Positions 28,405 to 37,040 of a stretch of 64,000 nt of DNA are shown one piece after another. The stretch is taken from NCBI GenBank assembly GCA_043813605.1, contig JBDRKX010000057.1, forward strand, positions 886 to 64,885, written 5' to 3'. A program made the position numbers and the translations under genes. The stretch is from Elusimicrobiota bacterium (lineage in GTDB: Bacteria; CG03; SLGR01; JBDRKX01). The first letter of the stretch is position 1, and every line of letters starts with the position of its first letter. The notes under the pieces are model-generated. The model had not been told where the DNA came from, made no database searches, and worked only from the letters and a program-made list of their open reading frames with translations.

Positions 28405-29586
28405 TTATTTATTTTCCGGGCACGAATAATCCGGGTATGGGGGCTCTGCCACTTTACCGTCCCAGTTTTCTGGAAGAAAAACCGGTTTTTCAGGAACCTT
28501 CCATCCCAGTTTTTCAAAAGTCTTTGCCATATATTCAGGAACCATTATTTCCTTCATTTCTTCTTCAGTCCAGGCTTTATTTATCCGGCCCTGTTCATGC
28601 AGGACTTTGATGATACGGGAATCCTCTTTTACCCAGAAATCAGAATGTATATACCTGAATGTAGGCGGATATGAAGTAAGATATCTGGCAGTCTGGTCTA
28701 CTATAAGTTTTCTTTCATAGGCTTTTATACGCGGGTCCTTCCTGTAAAAATCGGCGGCGCCCTCAGTATCGTATCTGGCATATAATACAGCTTCCACAGC
28801 CGCATCAGCCAGAGCCTGGACGACATCAGGCGCATTCTCGTGTATTTCTTTACGGATGAAATCAAACCCGGTATTAAAAAAGTAGGGATAACCGGTATCT
28901 ATCTTTTTTCCCAGGCCTTTCTGTTCGGCAAAAGTTATATGCGGATCCCATAGCACCACGGCATCTAAGCCTTTAGGCAATAACTGGGCGTCACGCATAC
29001 TCATGCCTGCAACTCTAAAATCCTTATCCCTTAACAGCTTTTTATTCTCTGCCATTGCCGTAAGATAGAATTCCGCATATGATCCCAGTGTAGTGCCCAC
29101 AACAGTTATATTATTTTGTTTCAGGTCCTCCGGTTTTTTTATCTTGGACCTGGGATTTACCAGCATCGCAATTTCGTGGTTAACTGCTGTTAAAGCATAG
29201 GCCCTTACCGGCGCGCCTTTATCGACAGTCAGCCAGAATGGAAAATCTCCGTAATGGGTGACCTGCGTCTGGCCTCCGAGAAATGCTTCCACTATAGGAG
29301 GGCCTGATAAAAAACTTGAAAATTTTGCAGGAAGACCGCGTTTTTCAAGCAGCTTTTTTTCTTTTATTATCCCGAAACATGCTGAATACCCCGGTATATC
29401 GGCAAAATAACCCACACTTATCGGAAGCCAGCCCTTAGATTCCAGCCAATCAAGTGATTTCTGGCTTACCTGTTCATACGGGAGAGGCCAATCCCATTCT
29501 GTCTTATCCTCGGCAAAACACTGCGTGGATACTGCAAGCATAAACACAGCAACAATCACCAGCAAAAATTTTGTTTTATTATTCAT
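28405..29586 (-). CDS. ABC transporter periplasmic substrate-binding protein (NMT1/THI5-like, NitT/TauT family), secreted
   Basis: Signal peptide MNNKTKFLLVIVAVFMLAVSTQCFA. About 390 aa soluble domain. It sits in an operon with two permeases and an ATPase. Confidence 0.65.
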   Translation of the reverse strand: MNNKTKFLLVIVAVFMLAVSTQCFAEDKTEWDWPLPYEQVSQKSLDWLESKGWLPISVGYFADIPGYSACFGIIKEKKLLEKRGLPAKFSSFLSGPPIVEAFLGGQTQVTHYGDFPFWLTVDKGAPVRAYALTAVNHEIAMLVNPRSKIKKPEDLKQNNITVVGTTLGSYAEFYLTAMAENKKLLRDKDFRVAGMSMRDAQLLPKGLDAVVLWDPHITFAEQKGLGKKIDTGYPYFFNTGFDFIRKEIHENAPDVVQALADAAVEAVLYARYDTEGAADFYRKDPRIKAYERKLIVDQTARYLTSYPPTFRYIHSDFWVKEDSRIIKVLHEQGRINKAWTEEEMKEIMVPEYMAKTFEKLGWKVPEKPVFLPENWDGKVAEPPYPDYSCPENK

Positions 29587-29613
29587 AATACCTCCTGTAA
29601 TCCCACACTATTA

Positions 29614-31029
29614 TCAGCTGGGAACTATTTTATTCGTAAGTTTAACTTTTTCTTCAAGATCAAGTGTCTTGTACCTGTGAAAATCCGGAAATATCTCCGG
29701 ATTTTCATTGATAATATCTGAAGCCATCGAGTATACATGCGAATGGCTGATTACGCTTCTCAAACTGATCGTGTAATCGTATTCACCTGCATGAGAGAAT
29801 GTAGCACTGACCTGCTGCCTGCCTTTGTCCCTGTCGTAAATAGCCGAGAGCATCTCCGGTCTGTATAAGGTATCTTTATATTTTTCGAAATACGGCGTAT
29901 TGACAAAAGGCTGAAACCAGGTAAGCTGGACAACACAGCCGAGTTCATTCTTGAGATAATCATGTACTTTTATGGTCTGTTTCAAGTCTTCCAGGGTCTC
30001 AAAAGGAAATCCCCACATAAGACTGACCTCTATACGAGAGAAATACTTCTTGCTCATCTCAATGACTTTAAGTCCCTGCTCTACGGTAAATCCGCCTTTG
30101 ATCTCCTTTAAGACAGCATCGCTGCCGGATTCCAATCCATAAAAGATCGCATTAAAATTCACATCAGCGAGCATGCTGCACGCTTCTTCATCTATAAGAT
30201 CCAGCCGGCCATAAGTCTTGTATTCTTTCATACCTGAATTCTTACGTATCATTTCGATATAGCTTTTAAGCCTGGGTTTGTTGAGCATAAAACATGAATC
30301 GGCAAAAAAGACCTTCTTAACACCCATTGTTTCAAGTATTTTAAGCTCTTCAGATATCCTTTCCGGCGAACGGTAGGTGATCTTCCTCTTCCAGTAACCG
30401 CCCAGACTGCAGAACGGGCATCCGAACGGACATCCGCGGGCGACCATGACCATCGGCTGTCTGTATGTTGCGACATCAAGATATTTATAGGCCGGCATCG
30501 GGATATCATCAAGATCTTCTATTCTCTCCATAGCCGGGGTCTGTATTATCCTTCCTTCTTTCCTGAATACGATCCCGCCGATATCGCTGAAATCGCGATT
30601 ATTTTCCATGAGCCGTTTTACAATAACAGGAAAATTCAGCTCCGCCTCACCGACGACTACCATGTCTATCTTATCAAACTCTACCATAAGTTTATCGGCT
30701 ACAAGCGATGGGCCTATTCCTCCCAATATGATGAATTTTTCGGGATATCTCTTTTTTATCTCCTGTGATATTTTCACTGCAAACGGCAGATGGATAGAGT
30801 GACAGCCTATACCGATGATCTTTTCAGATTTTTCAAAAAACTTAACTGCTGTTTCCAGTTCTTTTTCCGCGCCTATTTCGAAATCAAGAAAATATTCCCT
30901 GAAATCGACTTCTATCCCGACCTGTTCAAGACACGCGATTATACTGAAAATACCGACAGTACTCAGGCGATTGACCAGAACGCCGTCAAACGTCGTCTTT
31001 GTCGTTATATTTATTAAAGTTATATCCAT
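29614..31029 (-). CDS. B12-binding domain radical SAM protein (subfamily A, paralog 3)
   Basis: ITLINITTK, GIGCHSIHLPFAV, LGGIGPS, VGEAE, MVARGCPFGCPFCS. C-terminal DFHRYKTLDLEEKVKL. Confidence 0.8.
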   Translation of the reverse strand: MDITLINITTKTTFDGVLVNRLSTVGIFSIIACLEQVGIEVDFREYFLDFEIGAEKELETAVKFFEKSEKIIGIGCHSIHLPFAVKISQEIKKRYPEKFIILGGIGPSLVADKLMVEFDKIDMVVVGEAELNFPVIVKRLMENNRDFSDIGGIVFRKEGRIIQTPAMERIEDLDDIPMPAYKYLDVATYRQPMVMVARGCPFGCPFCSLGGYWKRKITYRSPERISEELKILETMGVKKVFFADSCFMLNKPRLKSYIEMIRKNSGMKEYKTYGRLDLIDEEACSMLADVNFNAIFYGLESGSDAVLKEIKGGFTVEQGLKVIEMSKKYFSRIEVSLMWGFPFETLEDLKQTIKVHDYLKNELGCVVQLTWFQPFVNTPYFEKYKDTLYRPEMLSAIYDRDKGRQQVSATFSHAGEYDYTISLRSVISHSHVYSMASDIINENPEIFPDFHRYKTLDLEEKVKLTNKIVPS

Positions 31030-31056
31030 TTCTTATTATCAAATTCTCAAGTGATC

Positions 31057-32115
31057 TCAGAAAGCAAGCTGCATCTGAACAGCAACCACGTCAGCGGGTT
31101 TTGCGCCGTAATTATCATCAACACTGCAGGTTGTATAATTCACTTTCAGATCGTTCAGGGCATTACCCTTGAGTGAACATGTAATACCGAGCGTCAACGT
31201 ATGAATGCTCGATTCACTCTGGTCTGCATCAGGATCATACATATCATATCTGGCGACAGCTTCAACAGCATCCATAACCATGTAGCCGGCCGTAAAATAC
31301 ATGCCCATTAGCTTCTGTTCCGCTATTGTATATGTCTGGCCTGCCTCTAATTCTGAACTCGATTCGTAATTTGCCTGCAGGTATTCGCAAATAAGCCTGA
31401 GTTTATTTTTTTTGTAAGAAATATCGACTCCCATGGCGTTCTCTGCAACATCTTTTTCTACGATACTTCCCAGACTGGATGTCAGATCCACTCTTGAAGA
31501 ACCCATAAAACCCGACGCGCCGATCTGCAGGCATTCAGTGGGGCTTTTAAAAACTCTAAGACAGTAATCCAGTTTTCCGTTATCGTCAAAATTATCAAGC
31601 CCTGTCCCGCCGGTAACAAATAGAAAATACCCGCACGGCTTCCCGTGACATTTCATATTACCCCACAGTTCGACACCTTTATCATATGCGTAAGAACCCT
31701 TTCTGCCCATATTTGTCCATATCGAATTGATAGCTTGCGCCCTGTTTATTAACGGGAGTTTCGGCAGAGTTCCCGTACCCGTTAATGTGAATTTATACCA
31801 AGTCTGACCTACTTTTATGTTAAATGCAGGATCAATTTTATAATTAACCCATGCATCCAGAAGTGTAAACGGATGGAAATAAGTGCCATCTCCCCATTCA
31901 CTGAGTACCATATAGTTCATATCAGGCGTAAGGTTTCCGAGCGCTCCCAGCCTCGCTCTCTTCAGGTTTTTTGTGACCTCAAAATCGTCATTGTCGGAAT
32001 ACTGCCACCACAGATGTGTAAATCCGAACGGCTTTATAGTAGGTTCCGCCTGACATGTCCCTGCAAAAAACACAAAAAGACTCCCAACAAGCATAAAAGC
32101 AAATAATTTCCTCAT
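31057..32115 (-). CDS. Outer-membrane beta-barrel porin-like protein (secreted, C-terminal Phe)
   Basis: Signal peptide MRKLFAFMLVGSLFVFFAGTCQA. Alternating amphipathic beta-strand pattern. Terminal ...VAVQMQLAF. Start trimmed to MRKLFAF, which has a GGAGG ribosome-binding site 7 nt upstream. Confidence 0.6.
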   Translation of the reverse strand: MRKLFAFMLVGSLFVFFAGTCQAEPTIKPFGFTHLWWQYSDNDDFEVTKNLKRARLGALGNLTPDMNYMVLSEWGDGTYFHPFTLLDAWVNYKIDPAFNIKVGQTWYKFTLTGTGTLPKLPLINRAQAINSIWTNMGRKGSYAYDKGVELWGNMKCHGKPCGYFLFVTGGTGLDNFDDNGKLDYCLRVFKSPTECLQIGASGFMGSSRVDLTSSLGSIVEKDVAENAMGVDISYKKNKLRLICEYLQANYESSSELEAGQTYTIAEQKLMGMYFTAGYMVMDAVEAVARYDMYDPDADQSESSIHTLTLGITCSLKGNALNDLKVNYTTCSVDDNYGAKPADVVAVQMQLAF

Positions 32116-32119
32116 GATA

Positions 32120-32127
32120 ATCCTCCC
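32120..32127 (-). promoter_or_regulatory. Shine-Dalgarno (GGAGG) for the porin-like gene
   Basis: The minus-strand sequence ATTATGGGAGGATTATCATG places GGAGG 7 nt before the ATG at 32115. Confidence 0.5.
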
Positions 32128-32199
32128 ATAATAGTTGTTACAGTTATGCAGCCATAGAAAGACCATCTTTCAAATGGCTGGACAACACTAGTTCTTTTT

Positions 32200-32413
32200 G
32201 TGTATTTTTAAATCGAGGTAATGAGGAATACGTCTTCATAATGATTGTGGTACGACCACGGTAAGGAGGGTGACGCCTCATTTCTCGACTCTGTGCTTTG
32301 ATTATATCCTGCGGTTCGACCGCGCAATTCGGGAGGCTAAGCCGAGTCAGGAATTTAGAGGATCTTCTTTGCCTTAATATGTCGGTATCGGTTTTTGTAT
32401 TTGGAGGTTTATT
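32200..32413 (+). ncRNA. Candidate IS110 bridge/guide RNA in the transposase 5' leader (speculative)
   Basis: A non-coding, structured-looking leader (for example CGACCACGGTAAGGAGGGTGACGCCTC...GCGGTTCGACCGCGC) lies immediately upstream of an IS110 recombinase. IS110/IS621 elements are known to encode a bridge RNA at this position. Confidence 0.25.
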
Positions 32414-33793
32414 ATGAAACAATTTTTTATTGGAGTGGACGTTTCTGAAGCTAGATTTGATATGGCTTTCAGGGATACCAATGGACAGGCTGTTAGACCT
32501 GATTCTTCTTTCTCTAACTGTCCTGACGGCATCAGAGATCTTATTGGATGTTGTATCGCTACGGCTTCTCTCATTGGAAAAAGAACCAAAATTGTAATTG
32601 GAATGGAATCCACTTCCAACTTCCATAAAAATCTTGCTTCTGCTCTCTATTCCTCCAAACGCAAATTTGAGGTCCATGTTATTAATCCTCTTACTATTAA
32701 GCAATTCAAAAAAATGCATCTCAAAGTCTACAAAACCGATAAACTTGATGCCCACATGATTGCCCTCTACCTTGCAAAAATGACTCCCAAAGCATCTTTC
32801 CAGCCTCTTCCCGGACAGGAAGAACTCAAAGAGATTACTCGCCTCAGAAGATCCTATCAGGAAGAAACTACTAAATTTAAAAATCGGCTTCGACGCTTGC
32901 TTAGAATTTATTTCCCCGGATACAAAAAACTTCTTGGAACTAAAATCTCTGTAAAGTTTCTTGTCGCTTTTTCTGAACTCAATTCCCCTGAGGAAATACT
33001 CTCCTATGACATGACTGACCTCGCAAATACTTCCATAGCTTGCAGGCATAAAATTGGCACGCCTTTTGCTAAGAAACTCTTTACGCTCGCTCAAAAAGCT
33101 CCGGTTAAATCTATTCCTAAAGGCAACTCTCTTGTCATCAAATGGACAGCAGAACGGCTTCTCCAACTTCAATCGCAAATTAAAATTCTTGATAAGGAAA
33201 TCATATCTATGCTTGAAGCTTTCTTTCCTGCGCATAATCTTCATTCTATTCCCGGCATCGGGCCCATTTCCATTGCTACGATTATCGCTGAAACCGGTGA
33301 TATTAAAAGATTTTCTACTCCGGAAAAGTTTATCGGTTATGTCGGTCTTTATCCTGTCGTATGGGAATCCGGTGAAATGAAAGTCAGGTTCCAAATGACT
33401 CGCAAGGGGAATAAATCCCTCAAGATGACTTTCCTGGTCGCTTCTGCTGCGGCCAGAAGATTTAATCCGGTCATTAGAAACATGTATGATAGGCTCCGCA
33501 ATAGAGGTAAATCTAAAAAAGCTGCGGGGGGCGCTATAGCCAGAAAATTGGCTACTATTGCTTTTACTATCCTTAACAATGATGAAGCCTGGGATCCCAA
33601 GAAAGCTGTGGCTGGATTGATTAAATCTCAACAAATGGCTGAGGAGTATATTAAAAAGGAAAACAGGCTCCCCTTTGAGGTTATACCTCAATACGCGGTC
33701 TCTGCCGCAAGTTCTTCTTCCGAGGATAATTCGAGGCAGCTCTGTTCCCTGGAATCTATTATACAAAGTGGAGGTAATATTGAAAACCCCTGA
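32414..33793 (+). CDS. IS110-family transposase (DEDD-type)
   Basis: N-terminal FIGVDVSEARFDMAF (RuvC-like DEDD). C-terminal IPGIGPISIATIIAETGDIKRFSTPEKFIGYVGLYPVVWESGEMKVRFQMTRKGNKSLK is the hallmark IS110 motif. Confidence 0.9.
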   Translation: MKQFFIGVDVSEARFDMAFRDTNGQAVRPDSSFSNCPDGIRDLIGCCIATASLIGKRTKIVIGMESTSNFHKNLASALYSSKRKFEVHVINPLTIKQFKKMHLKVYKTDKLDAHMIALYLAKMTPKASFQPLPGQEELKEITRLRRSYQEETTKFKNRLRRLLRIYFPGYKKLLGTKISVKFLVAFSELNSPEEILSYDMTDLANTSIACRHKIGTPFAKKLFTLAQKAPVKSIPKGNSLVIKWTAERLLQLQSQIKILDKEIISMLEAFFPAHNLHSIPGIGPISIATIIAETGDIKRFSTPEKFIGYVGLYPVVWESGEMKVRFQMTRKGNKSLKMTFLVASAAARRFNPVIRNMYDRLRNRGKSKKAAGGAIARKLATIAFTILNNDEAWDPKKAVAGLIKSQQMAEEYIKKENRLPFEVIPQYAVSAASSSSEDNSRQLCSLESIIQSGGNIENP

Positions 33794-33977
33794 TTCTTTA
33801 TACAATTTATTATCGTCTATTTTAATTGACAACTGTTATTATATTTCCTTATCTTATTTTACCACCTGTGTTACTTACTAAAAATATTATAAACAATACT
33901 AACGATTATTATAAGTGTTTATTTCCGCCTTTAATTGACTTTTTTCCCTCTTAATTATTAACGGATATTCCAAGTAA

Positions 33978-35228
33978 TCAGACTATGCTGATTTTGGGTA
34001 AAGGAAACAGCAGTTTTCCGCCTTGACTTAGGTATTTTTCTTCTTTTTTAAGAAAATTATCCCTAAAATGCCATGGAAACACAAGAAAATAACCCGGATT
34101 AAGCACATGCGCTTTCTCTTCTGATATTATAGGGATTTTTGTTCCAGGCGTATAGCATCCGAACTTGTCTTCGTTAACCTCAGCAATATATGAAATATCA
34201 TTACTGTTGAATCCGCAGAATTGAAGCAATACATTACCTTTTGTAGATGCCCCGTAACCAATAATAAGTTCGCCACCGGCCCTTATATCATGAATAATTT
34301 TGCACAGTTGTTCCCTGTGCGCATATATTCTATTACTGAATTTTTCATATGGAGCCAACGTCTGCAGTCCATCTTTCTGCTCCATGGCAATAAGCTCAGC
34401 CATATATGCACTCTTTTCATTGAAGACCGAGTGCGTTTTGGCAGCAGTTACTGAAAAACTCCCGCCGTTAATGGCATTAAGTTCTATATCTATTATCTTG
34501 AACCCTGTGCGGTCAAGCATCCATTTTATCTGGCTCAACCTGTAATAAGCCAGGTGTTCATGGCATATTGTGTCATAGGCATTCTGCTGAAGCATTGACG
34601 GTAAATAACTCTGCTCAAACACCCATATCCCGTCATCAGAAAGAATATCATGAACCTGCTTCGCAAATTCAGCAGGCGCCTCCAGATCATATATAACCGC
34701 GATTGAAGTAACAGCTTTCACTTTCCTTTTGCCAAGTATCTTTTTCATTATTTCAGAAGAAAAATAATCGTCAATCAAATGTATATTGTCCGGATAATAT
34801 TTCCTGAAAGTCCTTCCCCCCGGATCAACGCCTATCAACATAAGCCCTTTCTGCGGATAAGCCTTCAATAATGTACCGTCATTACTTCCGATATCGAGAA
34901 TACAATCACCCGGATCCGGATCTGCCGTCTTAATAATCCTCCCCACTTTCTCCTCCAGGTGACGTTTCATGGTCTCATTGATACTCGAACGATACCCGTA
35001 CTTCTCCCAATAATCTTTATTAAAACAATAAGTGTGTTTCAGCTGGACCAGGCCGCATTTTTCATTATCAGTACTCTCATTACATTTAACGAGTTCCAGT
35101 GGAGCAGAATCTACATCCTCTCTAATATCACGAGGAAAAACACCGTCCAGGACCTGATTACCGAGATCTACAATATCGACCAGGTCTGTATTCCCGCATA
35201 AACGGCATTTTGTTATTCTTTTGTACAT
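33978..35228 (-). CDS. Sugar C-methyltransferase-like SAM-dependent methyltransferase (TylCIII/NDP-hexose C-methyltransferase architecture)
   Basis: N-terminal zinc-ribbon-like CRLCGNTDL...LGNQVL...VKCNE..CGLVQL. Class I methyltransferase core ILDIGSNDG. C-terminal C-methyltransferase-like domain. Confidence 0.65.
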   Translation of the reverse strand: MYKRITKCRLCGNTDLVDIVDLGNQVLDGVFPRDIREDVDSAPLELVKCNESTDNEKCGLVQLKHTYCFNKDYWEKYGYRSSINETMKRHLEEKVGRIIKTADPDPGDCILDIGSNDGTLLKAYPQKGLMLIGVDPGGRTFRKYYPDNIHLIDDYFSSEIMKKILGKRKVKAVTSIAVIYDLEAPAEFAKQVHDILSDDGIWVFEQSYLPSMLQQNAYDTICHEHLAYYRLSQIKWMLDRTGFKIIDIELNAINGGSFSVTAAKTHSVFNEKSAYMAELIAMEQKDGLQTLAPYEKFSNRIYAHREQLCKIIHDIRAGGELIIGYGASTKGNVLLQFCGFNSNDISYIAEVNEDKFGCYTPGTKIPIISEEKAHVLNPGYFLVFPWHFRDNFLKKEEKYLSQGGKLLFPLPKISIV

Positions 35229-35932
35229 AGATTCCGGGTCCTCGATCTAAAAACCAGTTTTACCGCCTCAAATGAATACTGAACAAATGTAAGCAACAGA
35301 TTATTACTGCTTTTACCTCCCCGGCGGTCTCCATTGACTACTCCTATCTCCTTTATTTTCACACGGTTTTTTTCCAAATCACACAATAACCGCATGCTGA
35401 AATCACCAAATCCGTAAAATATCTTATCGTAATCGCATAGTTCCAGGGATTTTCGCCGGCAGGCTATGAAACCGTACAAATAGTCACTGACATGCCCGCC
35501 CAGCGCGCTTCCTACCATCCTGTTGAATAACAGGCTCGACCAGTGACGCCAACGACGATTCATCCTGCCGCCCTCTATAAATCTTGATGCTGAAACACAC
35601 TCAAAACCTGATAAAGTCTCTATAATCACAGGCAAATAACACGGTTGATGATTAAAATCCGAATCCATGATGACTATGATCTCACCGGAAGCCTGTTCGA
35701 TCCCGCACCTGACGGAATATCCCATACTTCTTCTGTCTGTCCTCAACACTGCTTGTAAATACGGCTTCTCCAGCCTGCTGACAATTTTGTATGTGCCATC
35801 CGGGCTATTATCATCTACCACTATTATTTCGTGCTCATGCGACTTGAGCTCTTTATGTATTTCGTCAATTAGAGGTACTATATTATTTCTTTCATTAAAT
35901 GTGGGTATTATTACGGATATTTTTTCGGTCAT
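35213..35932 (-). CDS. Family 2 glycosyltransferase (polyprenyl-phosphate sugar transferase, ArnC/DPM1-like)
   Basis: ISVIIPTFNERNNIVPLIDEIHKEL...IIVVDDNSPDGT is the classical dolichyl/undecaprenyl-phosphate sugar synthase N-terminus. Confidence 0.8.
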   Translation of the reverse strand: MTEKISVIIPTFNERNNIVPLIDEIHKELKSHEHEIIVVDDNSPDGTYKIVSRLEKPYLQAVLRTDRRSMGYSVRCGIEQASGEIIVIMDSDFNHQPCYLPVIIETLSGFECVSASRFIEGGRMNRRWRHWSSLLFNRMVGSALGGHVSDYLYGFIACRRKSLELCDYDKIFYGFGDFSMRLLCDLEKNRVKIKEIGVVNGDRRGGKSSNNLLLTFVQYSFEAVKLVFRSRTRNLCTKE

Positions 35933-35942
35933 GTCTCAAGTG

Positions 35943-37040
35943 CTATTTTTTCAGCTTTTTTATTTTATCACATATATATTCTATCTCTTTATCTGAAATA
36001 GTACAGAATGACGGAAGGCATATCACGCCGGCGGAAACAGCTTCCGCATTCGGCAATGCGTTTGATTTGTATATAGGCATTATGCTGTATGGATAGAAAC
36101 CCGGCCTTGTTTCAATACCGGAATCAAGCAGAGAAGCTATGGTCCCGTCTCTATCATACACGAATCTCTTTTTGTCTATTCTCAATGCCACTGTCCACAC
36201 AACAGGGTCAACTTCTTTTCTGAACATCTGCATAGTGACCCCCGCCTCATTTCCTAACTGCTCCAGATATCTACTGTAAATACGCTGTTTATCTTTAATG
36301 ATTTTATCAAGACATTCGAACTGAGCGCACCCGACGGCTGCCTGTAAATTGGTCATACGAAAATTATACCCGTGCATCTCGGGCCAGTAGTGTTTTTGGG
36401 GACTCATTCCATGGTTGCGCAACAGACGCATCCTGTTATTAATATCTTCCTCTGAGAGAACGACTATCCCCCCCTCTCCCGTTGTTATGGTCTTAGTCGC
36501 CTGAAAACTGAAACAGCCGGCATCACCGAAAGTACCGGCAAGCTTGTTCATATATTTGGAAAAAACAGCTTCTGCACAATCTTCTATAATACAGAGATCA
36601 TGTCTCCCCGCCAATTCTATTAATGCGGCCATATCACAAACATTCCCATAATTATGTACCGCAATAACAGCCCTGGTCTTTTCTGTTATGGCTCGCTCCA
36701 CACAACTAATATCCAGGCACCATGTATCTGGGTCAATATCCGCAAATACAGGTACGGCCCCTGCGGATAAAACCATATTAGCCGCGGCAAAAAAGGAAAA
36801 TCCGGGGACAATAACCTCGTCTTTACCGGAAAGTCCGAGCCCCAGGACTGCAAGCTGTAATGCGGCAGTCCCGTTTGATACGGTTATTCCGAACGGGACT
36901 TTATGGTATTCAGCAAATTCTTTTTCAAACCGCTCTACGTAATACCCGTCTGAGATCCAGGTCGATTCCAGGGCATTCACCAGATATTCTTTTTCTTTTC
37001 CGTAAAATACAGGTTTTGCCCATGGAATATTTTTTTTCAT
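35943..37040 (-). CDS. DegT/DnrJ/EryC1/StrS-family PLP-dependent sugar aminotransferase
   Basis: IPWAKPVFYGKEKEYLVNALESTWIS N-terminus. SFQATKTITTGEGG Schiff-base lysine motif. Confidence 0.85.
   Translation of the reverse strand: MKKNIPWAKPVFYGKEKEYLVNALESTWISDGYYVERFEKEFAEYHKVPFGITVSNGTAALQLAVLGLGLSGKDEVIVPGFSFFAAANMVLSAGAVPVFADIDPDTWCLDISCVERAITEKTRAVIAVHNYGNVCDMAALIELAGRHDLCIIEDCAEAVFSKYMNKLAGTFGDAGCFSFQATKTITTGEGGIVVLSEEDINNRMRLLRNHGMSPQKHYWPEMHGYNFRMTNLQAAVGCAQFECLDKIIKDKQRIYSRYLEQLGNEAGVTMQMFRKEVDPVVWTVALRIDKKRFVYDRDGTIASLLDSGIETRPGFYPYSIMPIYKSNALPNAEAVSAGVICLPSFCTISDKEIEYICDKIKKLKK

Larger units (their letters stand above)
32170..33850 (+). mobile_element. IS110-family insertion sequence (boundaries approximate)
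   Basis: Contains an IS110-type transposase gene preceded by about 240 nt of non-coding leader. It sits in an intergenic gap flanked by AT-rich sequence. IS110 elements lack inverted repeats, so the ends cannot be fixed by eye. Confidence 0.55.

Noticed and set aside
32144-33832. 562-aa minus-strand ORF spanning the IS110 element
   Set aside because: It is exactly antisense to a transposase with strong IS110 signature motifs. Its translation is low-complexity (S/R/F-rich) with no recognisable domain. It is a typical shadow ORF of an AT-poor and GC-balanced coding region.
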